This document shows positions 1-7,800 of a stretch of DNA of 64,000 bases, one piece after another (positions within the stretch are counted from its first letter, which is position 1; each line of letters begins with the position of its first letter). A program made the position numbers and the translations under genes. The notes under the pieces are model-generated. The model did not search any database, was not told where the DNA came from, and saw nothing but the letters and a program-made list of their open reading frames with translations. The stretch is from positions 33 through 64,032 of the forward strand of contig CAZQUR010000004.1 of the NCBI GenBank assembly GCA_964596535.1. Direction: 5' to 3'. The stretch is from an uncultured Desulfobacteraceae bacterium. Its GTDB lineage: Bacteria; Desulfobacterota; Desulfobacteria; Desulfobacterales; UBA2156.

Positions 1-1
1 T

Positions 2-763
2 GTGGAAGAAAAGGATCAGACCGCGGTATTGACGCTGAACCGGCCGGAGGTCATGAACGCCCTCAACTTTGACCTCCTTCATGCCCTGCGGCGTGCCGTC
101 GAAGATCTCCGGATCCGGACGGATATCCGGGTCCTCATCGTCACCGGGGCCGGAAACAAGGCCTTTTGTTCCGGGGCCGACCTGAAGGAACGGGCCACCC
201 TTTCCCCGGAGAAGGTCCGGGAGTATATTTATACCATCCGGGACCTGTTCACCGTCATCGAGTTTTTAAACAAGCCGGTGATCGCCGCCGTCAACGGGCT
301 GGCCCTTGGGGGCGGCACCGAACTTGCCCTGGCATCGGATATCCGCATCGCCTCTGAAAACGCCACCCTTGGACTCACCGAAACCCGGCTGGCCATCATC
401 CCCGGGGCCGGCGGCACCCAGCGCCTTCCCCGGCTGGTGGGAAAGGGCAAAGCCAAGGAGTTGATCTTCACCGGCCGGCGGGTGGGCGCTGAAGAAGCCC
501 TGAACATTCACCTGGTGAACCAGGTCTGCAAGGCGGATGCCCTCATGGACGAATGCATGAAAATGGCGGCCATGATCTGCGAAACCGGTCCCATCGCCAT
601 TGAACAGGCCAAATACGCCATCAACTACGGGCTTGAATCGGATATCCACACCGGATTGGCCCTCGAATCCAACGCCTATTGGGTCACGATCCCCACCGAG
701 GACCGCACCGAAGCCCTGGCCGCCTTTAAGGAAAAACGAAAACCCAATTTCAAAGGAAAATAG
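2..763 (+). CDS. enoyl-CoA hydratase/isomerase (crotonase) family protein; N-terminus at or just beyond window edge
   Basis: ORF 2..763 (GTG at 2). Crotonase motifs VLTLNRPEVMNALN, VTGAGNKAFCSGADLKE, AAVNGLALGGGTELALASDIRIA; C-terminal EALAAFKEKRKP typical of the family. Confidence 0.85.
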   Translation: MEEKDQTAVLTLNRPEVMNALNFDLLHALRRAVEDLRIRTDIRVLIVTGAGNKAFCSGADLKERATLSPEKVREYIYTIRDLFTVIEFLNKPVIAAVNGLALGGGTELALASDIRIASENATLGLTETRLAIIPGAGGTQRLPRLVGKGKAKELIFTGRRVGAEEALNIHLVNQVCKADALMDECMKMAAMICETGPIAIEQAKYAINYGLESDIHTGLALESNAYWVTIPTEDRTEALAAFKEKRKPNFKGK

Positions 764-780
764 AAAGGAGAAAAGAGATC

Positions 781-1947
781 ATGACCGAGTACGATCTGTG
801 GAAGGTCTTTCCGAGGATGCCCCGGAAAGTGTCCCTCGGCGACATCACCGTCCGGGACGGGTTCCAGCACGAGGAGAAATTCATTTCCACCGCCGCCAAG
901 ATCTTTTACATTGAAGAGATGGTCTTCGCCGGTTGCCGGCACCTGGAGGTGACCAACCTGGCCAATCCCCGGATCATGCCCCAGTTCCGGGACGCCGAAG
1001 AGATCCTGACGTACCTTCGGGGGGATGTCTTCCGGAAAAAATGCGAAAAACGGGGAATCAACGTGGATGACGTCTGCTTCACCGCGGTCACCATCCGGGA
1101 GCCGGCGGTGGATCGGGCCATCCGGCTCAAAGAAAAAGGAATCGGCCCCGACCGCCTGTTGATGATGGTCTCCACGGAAGAAGAACACCATTTTGCCAAT
1201 TCCAGCACCACGCTTCCCGAGTACTGGAAGGAAGCCGAACGCTCCATTCAAAAATGCCACGACGCGGGCATGAAGATGTGCGGGACCGTGAGTACCATCT
1301 GGGGGAGCCCCATCGGCGGCGCCACCAAACTGGAAGACGCCGTGGAATTCACCAAGCGGTGGCTGTCCATCGGCGCGGACGACATCGAGCACGCCGACCA
1401 CGACGGGAGCGCCTCGGCACCCGAGGTCTACCGGTATTATTCCATGATCCTGGACGAAATTCCCGACACCCGGCTGCACATCGCCCATTTCCACGAAACC
1501 AAGCGCATGGCCTCGGCCTCCATTTTGGCAACGCTCCAGGCCGGGATCACCCACTTCGAGGCCACCTTCGGAGGGATGGGCGGCCAGCCGTCCAATTTCT
1601 TGGACGACTGCCCCGTGAAAGGCACCGGGGAGTACTATTATGACGATCCCCGTTACGTGGGGTTGGTGACCCTGGAAGATACCCTGGTGCAGATCGATGA
1701 AATGGGAATCGAACACGGCTTCGACGTGGACCGGGTGTTGTGGCTCGGGAAACAGATGGAAAAAACCATCGGCCGGCGACTGCGATCCGAAGCCGTCATC
1801 AACGGCCGGACCCAAAGACAAGGGCACATGGAATACGCCCGGCCCGGCCTCAAGGAGCGAAAGTCCACGTTCGATGAAAGACCGGGGCAAAAAATCCCGA
1901 CGGAATGGCCTGAAAAGGCGGTATTGCCGGAACAACACCGGCCATAG
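781..1947 (+). CDS. HMGL-like (DRE-TIM / pyruvate carboxyltransferase fold) lyase-family protein with C-terminal extension
   Basis: ATG 781 preceded by AGGAG (766-770). Motifs ITVRDGFQHE and IAHFHETKRMASA resemble HMG-CoA lyase family metal sites. At 388 aa it is longer than the canonical lyase at 31900-32811. Confidence 0.7.
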   Translation: MTEYDLWKVFPRMPRKVSLGDITVRDGFQHEEKFISTAAKIFYIEEMVFAGCRHLEVTNLANPRIMPQFRDAEEILTYLRGDVFRKKCEKRGINVDDVCFTAVTIREPAVDRAIRLKEKGIGPDRLLMMVSTEEEHHFANSSTTLPEYWKEAERSIQKCHDAGMKMCGTVSTIWGSPIGGATKLEDAVEFTKRWLSIGADDIEHADHDGSASAPEVYRYYSMILDEIPDTRLHIAHFHETKRMASASILATLQAGITHFEATFGGMGGQPSNFLDDCPVKGTGEYYYDDPRYVGLVTLEDTLVQIDEMGIEHGFDVDRVLWLGKQMEKTIGRRLRSEAVINGRTQRQGHMEYARPGLKERKSTFDERPGQKIPTEWPEKAVLPEQHRP

Positions 1948-2016
1948 CACCACCGCTTTTTCCCGGTGGCATGAAGATATTCCGGTGAACCGCAAACCGC
2001 ACGGCAGGGTCTTCCC

Positions 2017-2052
2017 TTGACAGAGTAAACGTATAAGCTTATACGTTTACTC
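2017..2052 (+). promoter_or_regulatory. putative promoter -35 (TTGACA 2017-2022) overlapping a perfect 30-bp palindrome (2023-2052), candidate GntR operator
   Basis: GAGTAAACGTATAAG|CTTATACGTTTACTC is an exact reverse-complement pair centred on AAGCTT. It ends 1 nt before the AAGGAG RBS (2053-2058) of the GntR gene. Confidence 0.5.
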
Positions 2053-2069
2053 AAGGAGAAGAAGCATCC

Positions 2070-2831
2070 GTGAGCCGGGAAGATACGTCCATCGCCCTTT
2101 ACTACCGTGTGGCCGAAACGGTGAAAGGCCGGATCGCCTCGAACCGGTACGCGCCCGGATCCATCCTGCCTTCGGAAAACGCCCTGGCCCGGGAATTCAA
2201 TGTCAGCAACATCACCCTTCGCAGGGCCATGGCCCTGTTGGTGGAACAGGGGTGGGTCGTCCGGCGCCGGGGGATCGGCACCCTGGCCGCGGACCGCCGG
2301 GACGACCGGATTCCCCTGAAAATCACGGGGAATTTCAACGACTGGGTCGATTCGGCCGTGAACCGGCGCCTGGGACTGACGGTGGAAGTGCTGGGAATCT
2401 CCATGGTCCCCTGTCCCTTCGACGCCGCACGGCAGATGGGCGTGGAAAGCGGCTCCCCTATATGGGAGATGCGGCGCCTTCGAAAACAAAAAGGAAGCCC
2501 CGTTTCTTTATACGTCAATTATGCCCGCCCGGAACAGGTTGGCGGCGTGACCGAAAAAGATACGGTAAAAAAGCCGTTCATCGATGTATTCCAGGAAAAA
2601 ACCGGTTTAAAAATCCATAGAATCGCCCGGCAGGTGGAAGCCGGGGTGGCCGACCTGGACACGGGCGCCCTTCTGGGCGTCGATTTCGGGGCTCCTCTTT
2701 TTTTCGTGACCCATACCTACTTTTCTCTGGAAAACGCTCCCCTTATGGTCACGAAAATGGTCTTCAGGGGGGACCGCTACATTTATTCCGGCGATATTTT
2801 TTTGGATCGCTCAAAACCCAAGACAGGATAA
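2070..2831 (+). CDS. GntR/HutC-family transcriptional regulator (winged-HTH + UTRA-like effector domain)
   Basis: GTG 2070 after AAGGAG. N-terminal motif LPSENALAREFNVSNITLRRAMALLVEQGWVVRRRGIGT is a typical GntR wHTH; the ~170-aa C-terminal domain is HutC-subfamily sized. Confidence 0.85.
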   Translation: MSREDTSIALYYRVAETVKGRIASNRYAPGSILPSENALAREFNVSNITLRRAMALLVEQGWVVRRRGIGTLAADRRDDRIPLKITGNFNDWVDSAVNRRLGLTVEVLGISMVPCPFDAARQMGVESGSPIWEMRRLRKQKGSPVSLYVNYARPEQVGGVTEKDTVKKPFIDVFQEKTGLKIHRIARQVEAGVADLDTGALLGVDFGAPLFFVTHTYFSLENAPLMVTKMVFRGDRYIYSGDIFLDRSKPKTG

Positions 2832-3095
2832 ACCTCAATGTTGCATAAAAAACATGGCGAAGAGTGTTTAATATGATGAATTTTTTACAAAATAAAACGT
2901 TCTATGATATCGGTCCAGATATCACCGCGGGTGAAGTCAAGAATCGCGTTCATTTTCGACATGTTTTTACCCTTCGGGAAAGCCGGAGGACTCCAGATCC
3001 TGCGTTGCAAAGGGTTCGCAGTAGACGACTACGGCTTCACCCTTTGCGCCTTGGCTCTGAAGCCCTCCGACTTTTGCAACGTTGAGGTAAAGCGG

Positions 3096-3293
3096 ATGGC
3101 GTGGATTCACATCCAGGGGATCGAAGGAAAGGTCTATCAACCCGAAACGGATCCGGCGGCGCCCCGTAAACACGATTGCACCGATTGTTTTTCCTGCCAG
3201 ATGTGCGGCGACAGCCGGTGTGCAAAATGCCGTGTGAAGAAAAGCGGAACCCATCGCCCCTTTTGCGATAAATGGGATGAGCCTGCCACCTGA
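3096..3293 (+). CDS. small cysteine-rich hypothetical protein (65 aa)
   Basis: ATG 3096 with GAGG 8 nt upstream, inside longer ORF 2904..3293. Sequence MAWIHIQGIEGKVYQPETDPAAPRKHDCTDCFSCQMCGDSRCAKCRVKK... contains CxxCxxCxxC-x4-CxxC. No family recognised. Confidence 0.4.
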   Translation: MAWIHIQGIEGKVYQPETDPAAPRKHDCTDCFSCQMCGDSRCAKCRVKKSGTHRPFCDKWDEPAT

Positions 3294-3572
3294 AATAATA
3301 TCGTGCCCTCTTCTTTTGCTATTAATCGTGATCTAACCCGCCAAGACACCCGTATTCGGTAACCACCATCCTTAACGAACCAACTTTCATAACGGCTTAA
3401 CTCCGACGTTGAGACGCCTGGAAGCAATAAAATAGTATTCTATAAAATTGGAAAATGTTCTCGATCGGGGATTTTACCTGCGGAAAGCATCCCCAATTTT
3501 CCCTTTCATAACATGTAAAAAACATGTAAGATATTGTCGTGTTGATTTATTGTTGCGAGTGGAGGTTCTGAC

Positions 3573-5177
3573 ATGATCGATTCAATCAATTCAAAGGGAT
3601 GGCGAATCGTCTTCATTGATGACGAAGAAGACATCCGGCAGATCTCCCAGATGACCCTCGAAGACGCCGGATATGAAGTTCACACAGCGCCGGACGGCAA
3701 AACAGGACTGGAGCTGTGCGAAAAGATATCCCCCCAGATCGTAATCACCGATATCCGCATGCCCCGAATGGACGGCATCCAAGTGCTCGAAACGGTCAAA
3801 ATTCGGTTTCCGGATATGGAAGTCATCGTGGCCACCGCTTTTGGGGAAATGAATCTCGCCATTCGCGCCCTGCAACTGGATGCCTCTGACTTCATCACCA
3901 AACCCATCAACGCAGAAGCGCTCCACCTGGCCTTGAAACGCGCCAAAGAACGGTACACCTCGAGAAAACAACTGGTCGATTACACAGTGCTTCTGGAGCG
4001 GGAAAAGGCGGAAACGAGCCAGGAACTGCTCAAGATCGCATCATTTCAAAAAAATCTCATCGAAAGCTCCATCGACGGTATTCTGGGCTGTGACGAAGAG
4101 GATCGGATTGTCACCTATAATCGAAGCATGGAACGATTCCTGGGATATCCAAAAGAAGAGGTGCTGCTGAAGTTTTCCTTAAGCCGTTTTTTCGCCTCCG
4201 GAGGTCCGGAGCAGGTCAAAGACGCCTTGAGAAGCGAACGCTATGGCGGCGAAGGACGCCTCTACTTGTATGAAACCGAAATTTTGGCCAAAGACGGACA
4301 CAGCATTCCGGTGCAGGTCTCGGCAACCGAATTGACCGATCAGGAGGGAAAACCCGCCGGCTTTGTCTTTTTTTTCCGGGATCTCAGGGAAATTCGTAAT
4401 CTGGAGCGGGAAATGGCCGACCAGGCGCGCATTCTGCACCAGGATAAGATGATGTCTTTGGGACGCCTTTCAGCCAGCGTCGTCCATGAAATCAACAATC
4501 CTCTGTCCGGAATCTTGAACTATCTCCGGCTGATGAACCGGATTTTAAAACAAGGGCCCTTATCGGAAGAGCGGCAGAATAAATTTCAACGCTATGTGGA
4601 ACTGATTGAAAAGGAAACGGACCGGTGTTCCCAAATCGTTTCCGGTCTGCTGAGTTTTTCCCGCCGATCCTCTCCCTCTTTCGGAGACGTCCGAATGGAA
4701 GAAGTCCTTCGCCTCTGTATCCTTCTCAGCCAGCATAAACTCGAGTTGAGCAATATCCGGCTTGAAAGTGATATCGAGCTTGATCTGCCGCCCATAAATG
4801 GAGATTTCAATCAGCTACAGCAGTGTGTGATCAATCTCATTTTCAACGCTGTGGATGCCATGCCGGATGGAGGAATTTTAACGCTGAAGAGCTTCCTTAA
4901 CAAGAGCACCCTCAAGGTGATTGTCACTGTTCAAGATACGGGACATGGAATTCCCCCGGAAAATCTTTCCCATATTTTTGAACCCTTTTTTACCACCAAA
5001 AAAGAAGGCTATGGAACCGGACTGGGCCTTTCCACCGTTTACGGGATAATCGAGAGGCACCGGGGAACCATCAATGTTGAAAGTCACGTCGGGAAAGGAA
5101 CGACCTTTGTCATCGAATTCCCGGCTTCTGATTCGAAACCGGAAGATGGAAAAGAGCGCCTTGCCCGCGAAGGTTGA
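3573..5177 (+). CDS. hybrid receiver-PAS-histidine kinase
   Basis: ATG after GGAGG. Receiver motifs: RIVFIDDEEDI, VITDIRMPRMDG, FITKPI. Kinase motifs: H-box SASVVHEINNPLSGI, N-box LIFNAVDAMP, DTGHGIPPE, GYGTGLGLS. Confidence 0.9.
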   Translation: MIDSINSKGWRIVFIDDEEDIRQISQMTLEDAGYEVHTAPDGKTGLELCEKISPQIVITDIRMPRMDGIQVLETVKIRFPDMEVIVATAFGEMNLAIRALQLDASDFITKPINAEALHLALKRAKERYTSRKQLVDYTVLLEREKAETSQELLKIASFQKNLIESSIDGILGCDEEDRIVTYNRSMERFLGYPKEEVLLKFSLSRFFASGGPEQVKDALRSERYGGEGRLYLYETEILAKDGHSIPVQVSATELTDQEGKPAGFVFFFRDLREIRNLEREMADQARILHQDKMMSLGRLSASVVHEINNPLSGILNYLRLMNRILKQGPLSEERQNKFQRYVELIEKETDRCSQIVSGLLSFSRRSSPSFGDVRMEEVLRLCILLSQHKLELSNIRLESDIELDLPPINGDFNQLQQCVINLIFNAVDAMPDGGILTLKSFLNKSTLKVIVTVQDTGHGIPPENLSHIFEPFFTTKKEGYGTGLGLSTVYGIIERHRGTINVESHVGKGTTFVIEFPASDSKPEDGKERLAREG

Positions 5178-5227
5178 GCCTGACGCCAGCATCGCGTTCA
5201 CGCGTCCAAATTCAGGAGACACGCATC

Positions 5228-6967
5228 ATGGGTATGAAGCAACATAGTCCGGGGAACATGGTATCGTCCGAATACTGGTTGGAGATTATGGAGGAATTGA
5301 ACCTTGGCGCTTTCACAGTTGGCGCCAACCGGGAGGTGATCTCCATGAATCATACCGCCCAGGCGCTGCTCGGGCTAAAAAACGCGGAAGTCTCGGGGAG
5401 AAATTGCCGGGAAGTATTTATGGGCGTCCCCTGCCTGGCGAAATGTCCATTTAAAGGCCCTAAAGAACCCGAGACCCGAGAACCCGTTATCCACTTGACA
5501 AACGATGAAGAAGCCACCCTCTGGGTAACACGTATGGCAGCCCCCGTTTTCAGCCCTGACGGCGAGGTGGTGGGATGCATGACCATCCTGCAGGATCACT
5601 CCCCCATTGCGGACCTCATCGACCGTATTCATCACGAGGAACAAAACACAAAAATTATTCTCGACAATCTGGATGTCGGCATATTCACAACAGACTGCGG
5701 AGGACATACCACCTTCTTTAATACCGCAGCCGAAAAAATCGTCGGTTATAGTCGCCGTGAAATATTAGGTGAACATTATAAAGCGATCTTTGACGGCTTA
5801 ACTCCTCAGGAAGTCTGCCTGCTCAAAGATACGATTGCCGACGGCGTGTCTCGCAGCAATCGGCACGGCAAAATGGTCACCCGAGACGGCTCGGTTATTC
5901 CCGTGCGAATCAATTTCATGGCGTTGAAAAACGAGAAAGGAACGATTGTCGGGGGACTGGCCACCTTTCACGATCTTACGCTGGTCCATCAGCTCAAACA
6001 AGCCACGAGGGAACGCTATACATTCTATGATATGATCGGCAAAAGCCCGGCAATGGAAAAAATATTTGAAATGGTCAATGTGGTGGCAAAGACCGATGCC
6101 ACGATTTTAATCGAGGGTTCAACAGGGACCGGGAAGGATCTGCTGGCCCGAGTGATCCATTCCGTCAGCCACAGGGCGAATAAACCCTTCGTCAAAGTGA
6201 ACTGTGCGGCGATTCCGGACAATTTACTCGAATCGGAAATGTTCGGATACGTCAAGGGAGCCTTTACCGGGGCAGACAAAGATAAAATCGGTCGCTTTCA
6301 GGAAGCCGATAACGGAACCATATTCCTGGATGAAATCGGAGATCTTCCGCTTTCATTGCAGGCCAAACTGCTTCGCGTGTTGGAAGATAAAGAATTTTAT
6401 CGATTGGGCAGCCGACATACAGTCAAAGTCAACGTGCGCATTATTTCCGCCTCCAACCGGAATTTGCCCCGGCTTGTTGAAAAAAGGCTTTTCAGGCAGG
6501 ATCTTTTTTATCGATTGAATTTGTTTCACATCGAACTTCCGGAACTGAAGGATCGCAGGGTGGATCTGCCGCTGCTGATCGGCCACATCTTGAGGCGCCT
6601 GAGTTCCGCTAGGGGCATCCAGCTTCCGGAGGTGTCGGAAAAAGTGATGGGGGTCCTTCTGAATTATCATTATCCGGGCAACATCAGGGAACTTGAGAAT
6701 ATCCTGGAACATGCCCTAATCATATGCCAGGAAAATACGATCTGGCCGGAACACTTACCGGAATACCTCCGTTTTCCCTCTTCCATGCGGCAAAGCGTCT
6801 CCACGAAAAATCCGGCAGTGGAGGGGAAGCCCGAGAGCCACGAGCGCAATAAAATTCTTTCCATGCTCGAGCAATACCACGGGATGCGATCTGAAACAGC
6901 CCGGGCTCTGGGAATGGATCGAACCACTTTATGGCGGAAGATTAAAAAATACGGCATCGAAGGATAG
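5228..6967 (+). CDS. sigma-54-dependent transcriptional activator (PAS-PAS-AAA+-Fis HTH)
   Basis: ATG 5228 after AGGAGA (ORF open from 5174). Walker A EGSTGTGKDLLA, GAFTGA motif in GYVKGAFTGADKD, FLDEIGDL, C-terminal HTH ETARALGMDRTTLWRKIKKYGI. Confidence 0.9.
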   Translation: MGMKQHSPGNMVSSEYWLEIMEELNLGAFTVGANREVISMNHTAQALLGLKNAEVSGRNCREVFMGVPCLAKCPFKGPKEPETREPVIHLTNDEEATLWVTRMAAPVFSPDGEVVGCMTILQDHSPIADLIDRIHHEEQNTKIILDNLDVGIFTTDCGGHTTFFNTAAEKIVGYSRREILGEHYKAIFDGLTPQEVCLLKDTIADGVSRSNRHGKMVTRDGSVIPVRINFMALKNEKGTIVGGLATFHDLTLVHQLKQATRERYTFYDMIGKSPAMEKIFEMVNVVAKTDATILIEGSTGTGKDLLARVIHSVSHRANKPFVKVNCAAIPDNLLESEMFGYVKGAFTGADKDKIGRFQEADNGTIFLDEIGDLPLSLQAKLLRVLEDKEFYRLGSRHTVKVNVRIISASNRNLPRLVEKRLFRQDLFYRLNLFHIELPELKDRRVDLPLLIGHILRRLSSARGIQLPEVSEKVMGVLLNYHYPGNIRELENILEHALIICQENTIWPEHLPEYLRFPSSMRQSVSTKNPAVEGKPESHERNKILSMLEQYHGMRSETARALGMDRTTLWRKIKKYGIEG

Positions 6968-7004
6968 GCCATTCCTCCCATAATAAACCACAGGATGTTG
7001 CATT

Positions 7005-7020
7005 GATGTTGCGAAACATC
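7005..7020. promoter_or_regulatory. inverted repeat GATGTT-GCGA-AACATC, candidate activator-binding site
   Basis: Exact 6-bp arms. Preceded by a direct copy of GATGTTGC at 6994-7001. Lies ~180 bp upstream of the sigma-54-type promoter. Confidence 0.3.
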
Positions 7021-7080
7021 GTTTCAATTTATTTTAACTAACTATTTTAATTATAATTTACTCTATCTACACACCTCAAC

Positions 7081-7100
7081 CGTTGCATGGTTTTGCAACG
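7081..7100. promoter_or_regulatory. inverted repeat CGTTGCA-N6-TGCAACG, candidate activator-binding site (UAS)
   Basis: Exact 7-bp arms ~100 bp upstream of the TGGCAC element, a distance typical of bacterial enhancer-binding protein sites. Confidence 0.35.
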
Positions 7101-7186
7101 CTCAAAATCGCCTGAAATAGATTTACTGACCCTCCTTTTCCATTCAACCACCTGTTATCACGGTACATTTTTTCATTTTTTCTTTA

Positions 7187-7201
7187 TGGCACACTCTGTG
7201 C
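7187..7201 (+). promoter_or_regulatory. sigma-54-type promoter (TGGCAC-N5-GTGC)
   Basis: TGGCACACTCTGTGC matches TGGCAC-N5-TTGC with one mismatch. It lies 74 nt upstream of the first gene of the hdr-like operon and 220 nt downstream of a sigma-54 activator gene. Confidence 0.55.
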
Positions 7202-7274
7202 GTTTAAGTGTGCCAAAACAATCCTGATCCTCTCCGAAGTGGGCTGAACCAAACTTGACCAAGCAGAGGTCACT

Positions 7275-7745
7275 TTGAGTCCCAAGCTTGCGGAAAAAAC
7301 GATCATTATCGTTTCTGATGAACTGAATATGCGCATTTTTCTTTGCAATATTTTGGGCAGCTGCGGTTATGCGCCTGTTGATGCCGGGAGCCGTAAGGAG
7401 GGAATGCAAAAAATCAAAACCGAGAAACCGGCGCTCATCATCCTCGATGTCATGATGCCCAAAGAGAGCGGCGTCCAGATGTATCGTGAACTCATGGATG
7501 ACGAAGAGCTGAAATCCATTCCGGTGATTCTCTTGTCGACCATCGATAAAAAAACGTTCTCTTATTACCATAAATTCCGAAGTGCATCCCTGGACAATGA
7601 TTTTTTCAAACCGGGCGCCTATCTGGAAAAACCGTTTGAGGCCAACACCCTCATTTCGCTTGTAAACGGCATGGTCTCATCGGGGGAAGGCCGCATCGCA
7701 GATCCTGTAAGCGAGTCCACTCGAAAAAAGACAGGGTTGTTTTGA
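7275..7745 (+). CDS. single-domain response regulator (CheY-like receiver)
   Basis: TTG 7275 after AGAGG. Motifs IIIVSDELNMR, LIILDVMMPKESG, YLEKPF. No output domain. Confidence 0.8.
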   Translation: MSPKLAEKTIIIVSDELNMRIFLCNILGSCGYAPVDAGSRKEGMQKIKTEKPALIILDVMMPKESGVQMYRELMDDEELKSIPVILLSTIDKKTFSYYHKFRSASLDNDFFKPGAYLEKPFEANTLISLVNGMVSSGEGRIADPVSESTRKKTGLF

Positions 7746-7800
7746 AACGGCATAGGATTTGAATACACTGAACACAAACCGGAAAGAACGGTCTGATGCG

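Noticed and set aside
676-1995. 439-aa minus-strand ORF covering the whole HMGL-like gene. Similar long antisense ORFs occur at 16642-17151, 35659-36681, 37012-38400 (+), 40755-41849, 50930-52222, 52306-53229, 57257-58351 and 60450-61400.
   Set aside because: All lie antisense to genes with strong family motifs. Their translations are Arg/Gly/Pro/His-rich low-complexity strings without recognisable domains. This is the typical shadow-ORF behaviour of GC-rich DNA.
3467-3500. GGGGAT...ATCCCC hairpin followed by AATTTT, a possible terminator after the small Cys-rich ORF.
   Set aside because: The stem is only 6 bp, the loop is 16 nt and the T-tract is short. This is not convincing without transcript-end data.
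2839-7100. Recurrence of TGTTGC(A/G)/TGCAAC in intergenic DNA (2839, 3075, 3551, 6996, 7007, 7082, 7094) as a possible common regulator motif.
   Set aside because: A 6-7-mer of this type is expected more than ten times by chance in 64 kb on two strands. Only the palindromic arrangements and the shared 10-mer TTTTGCAACG were kept as observations.
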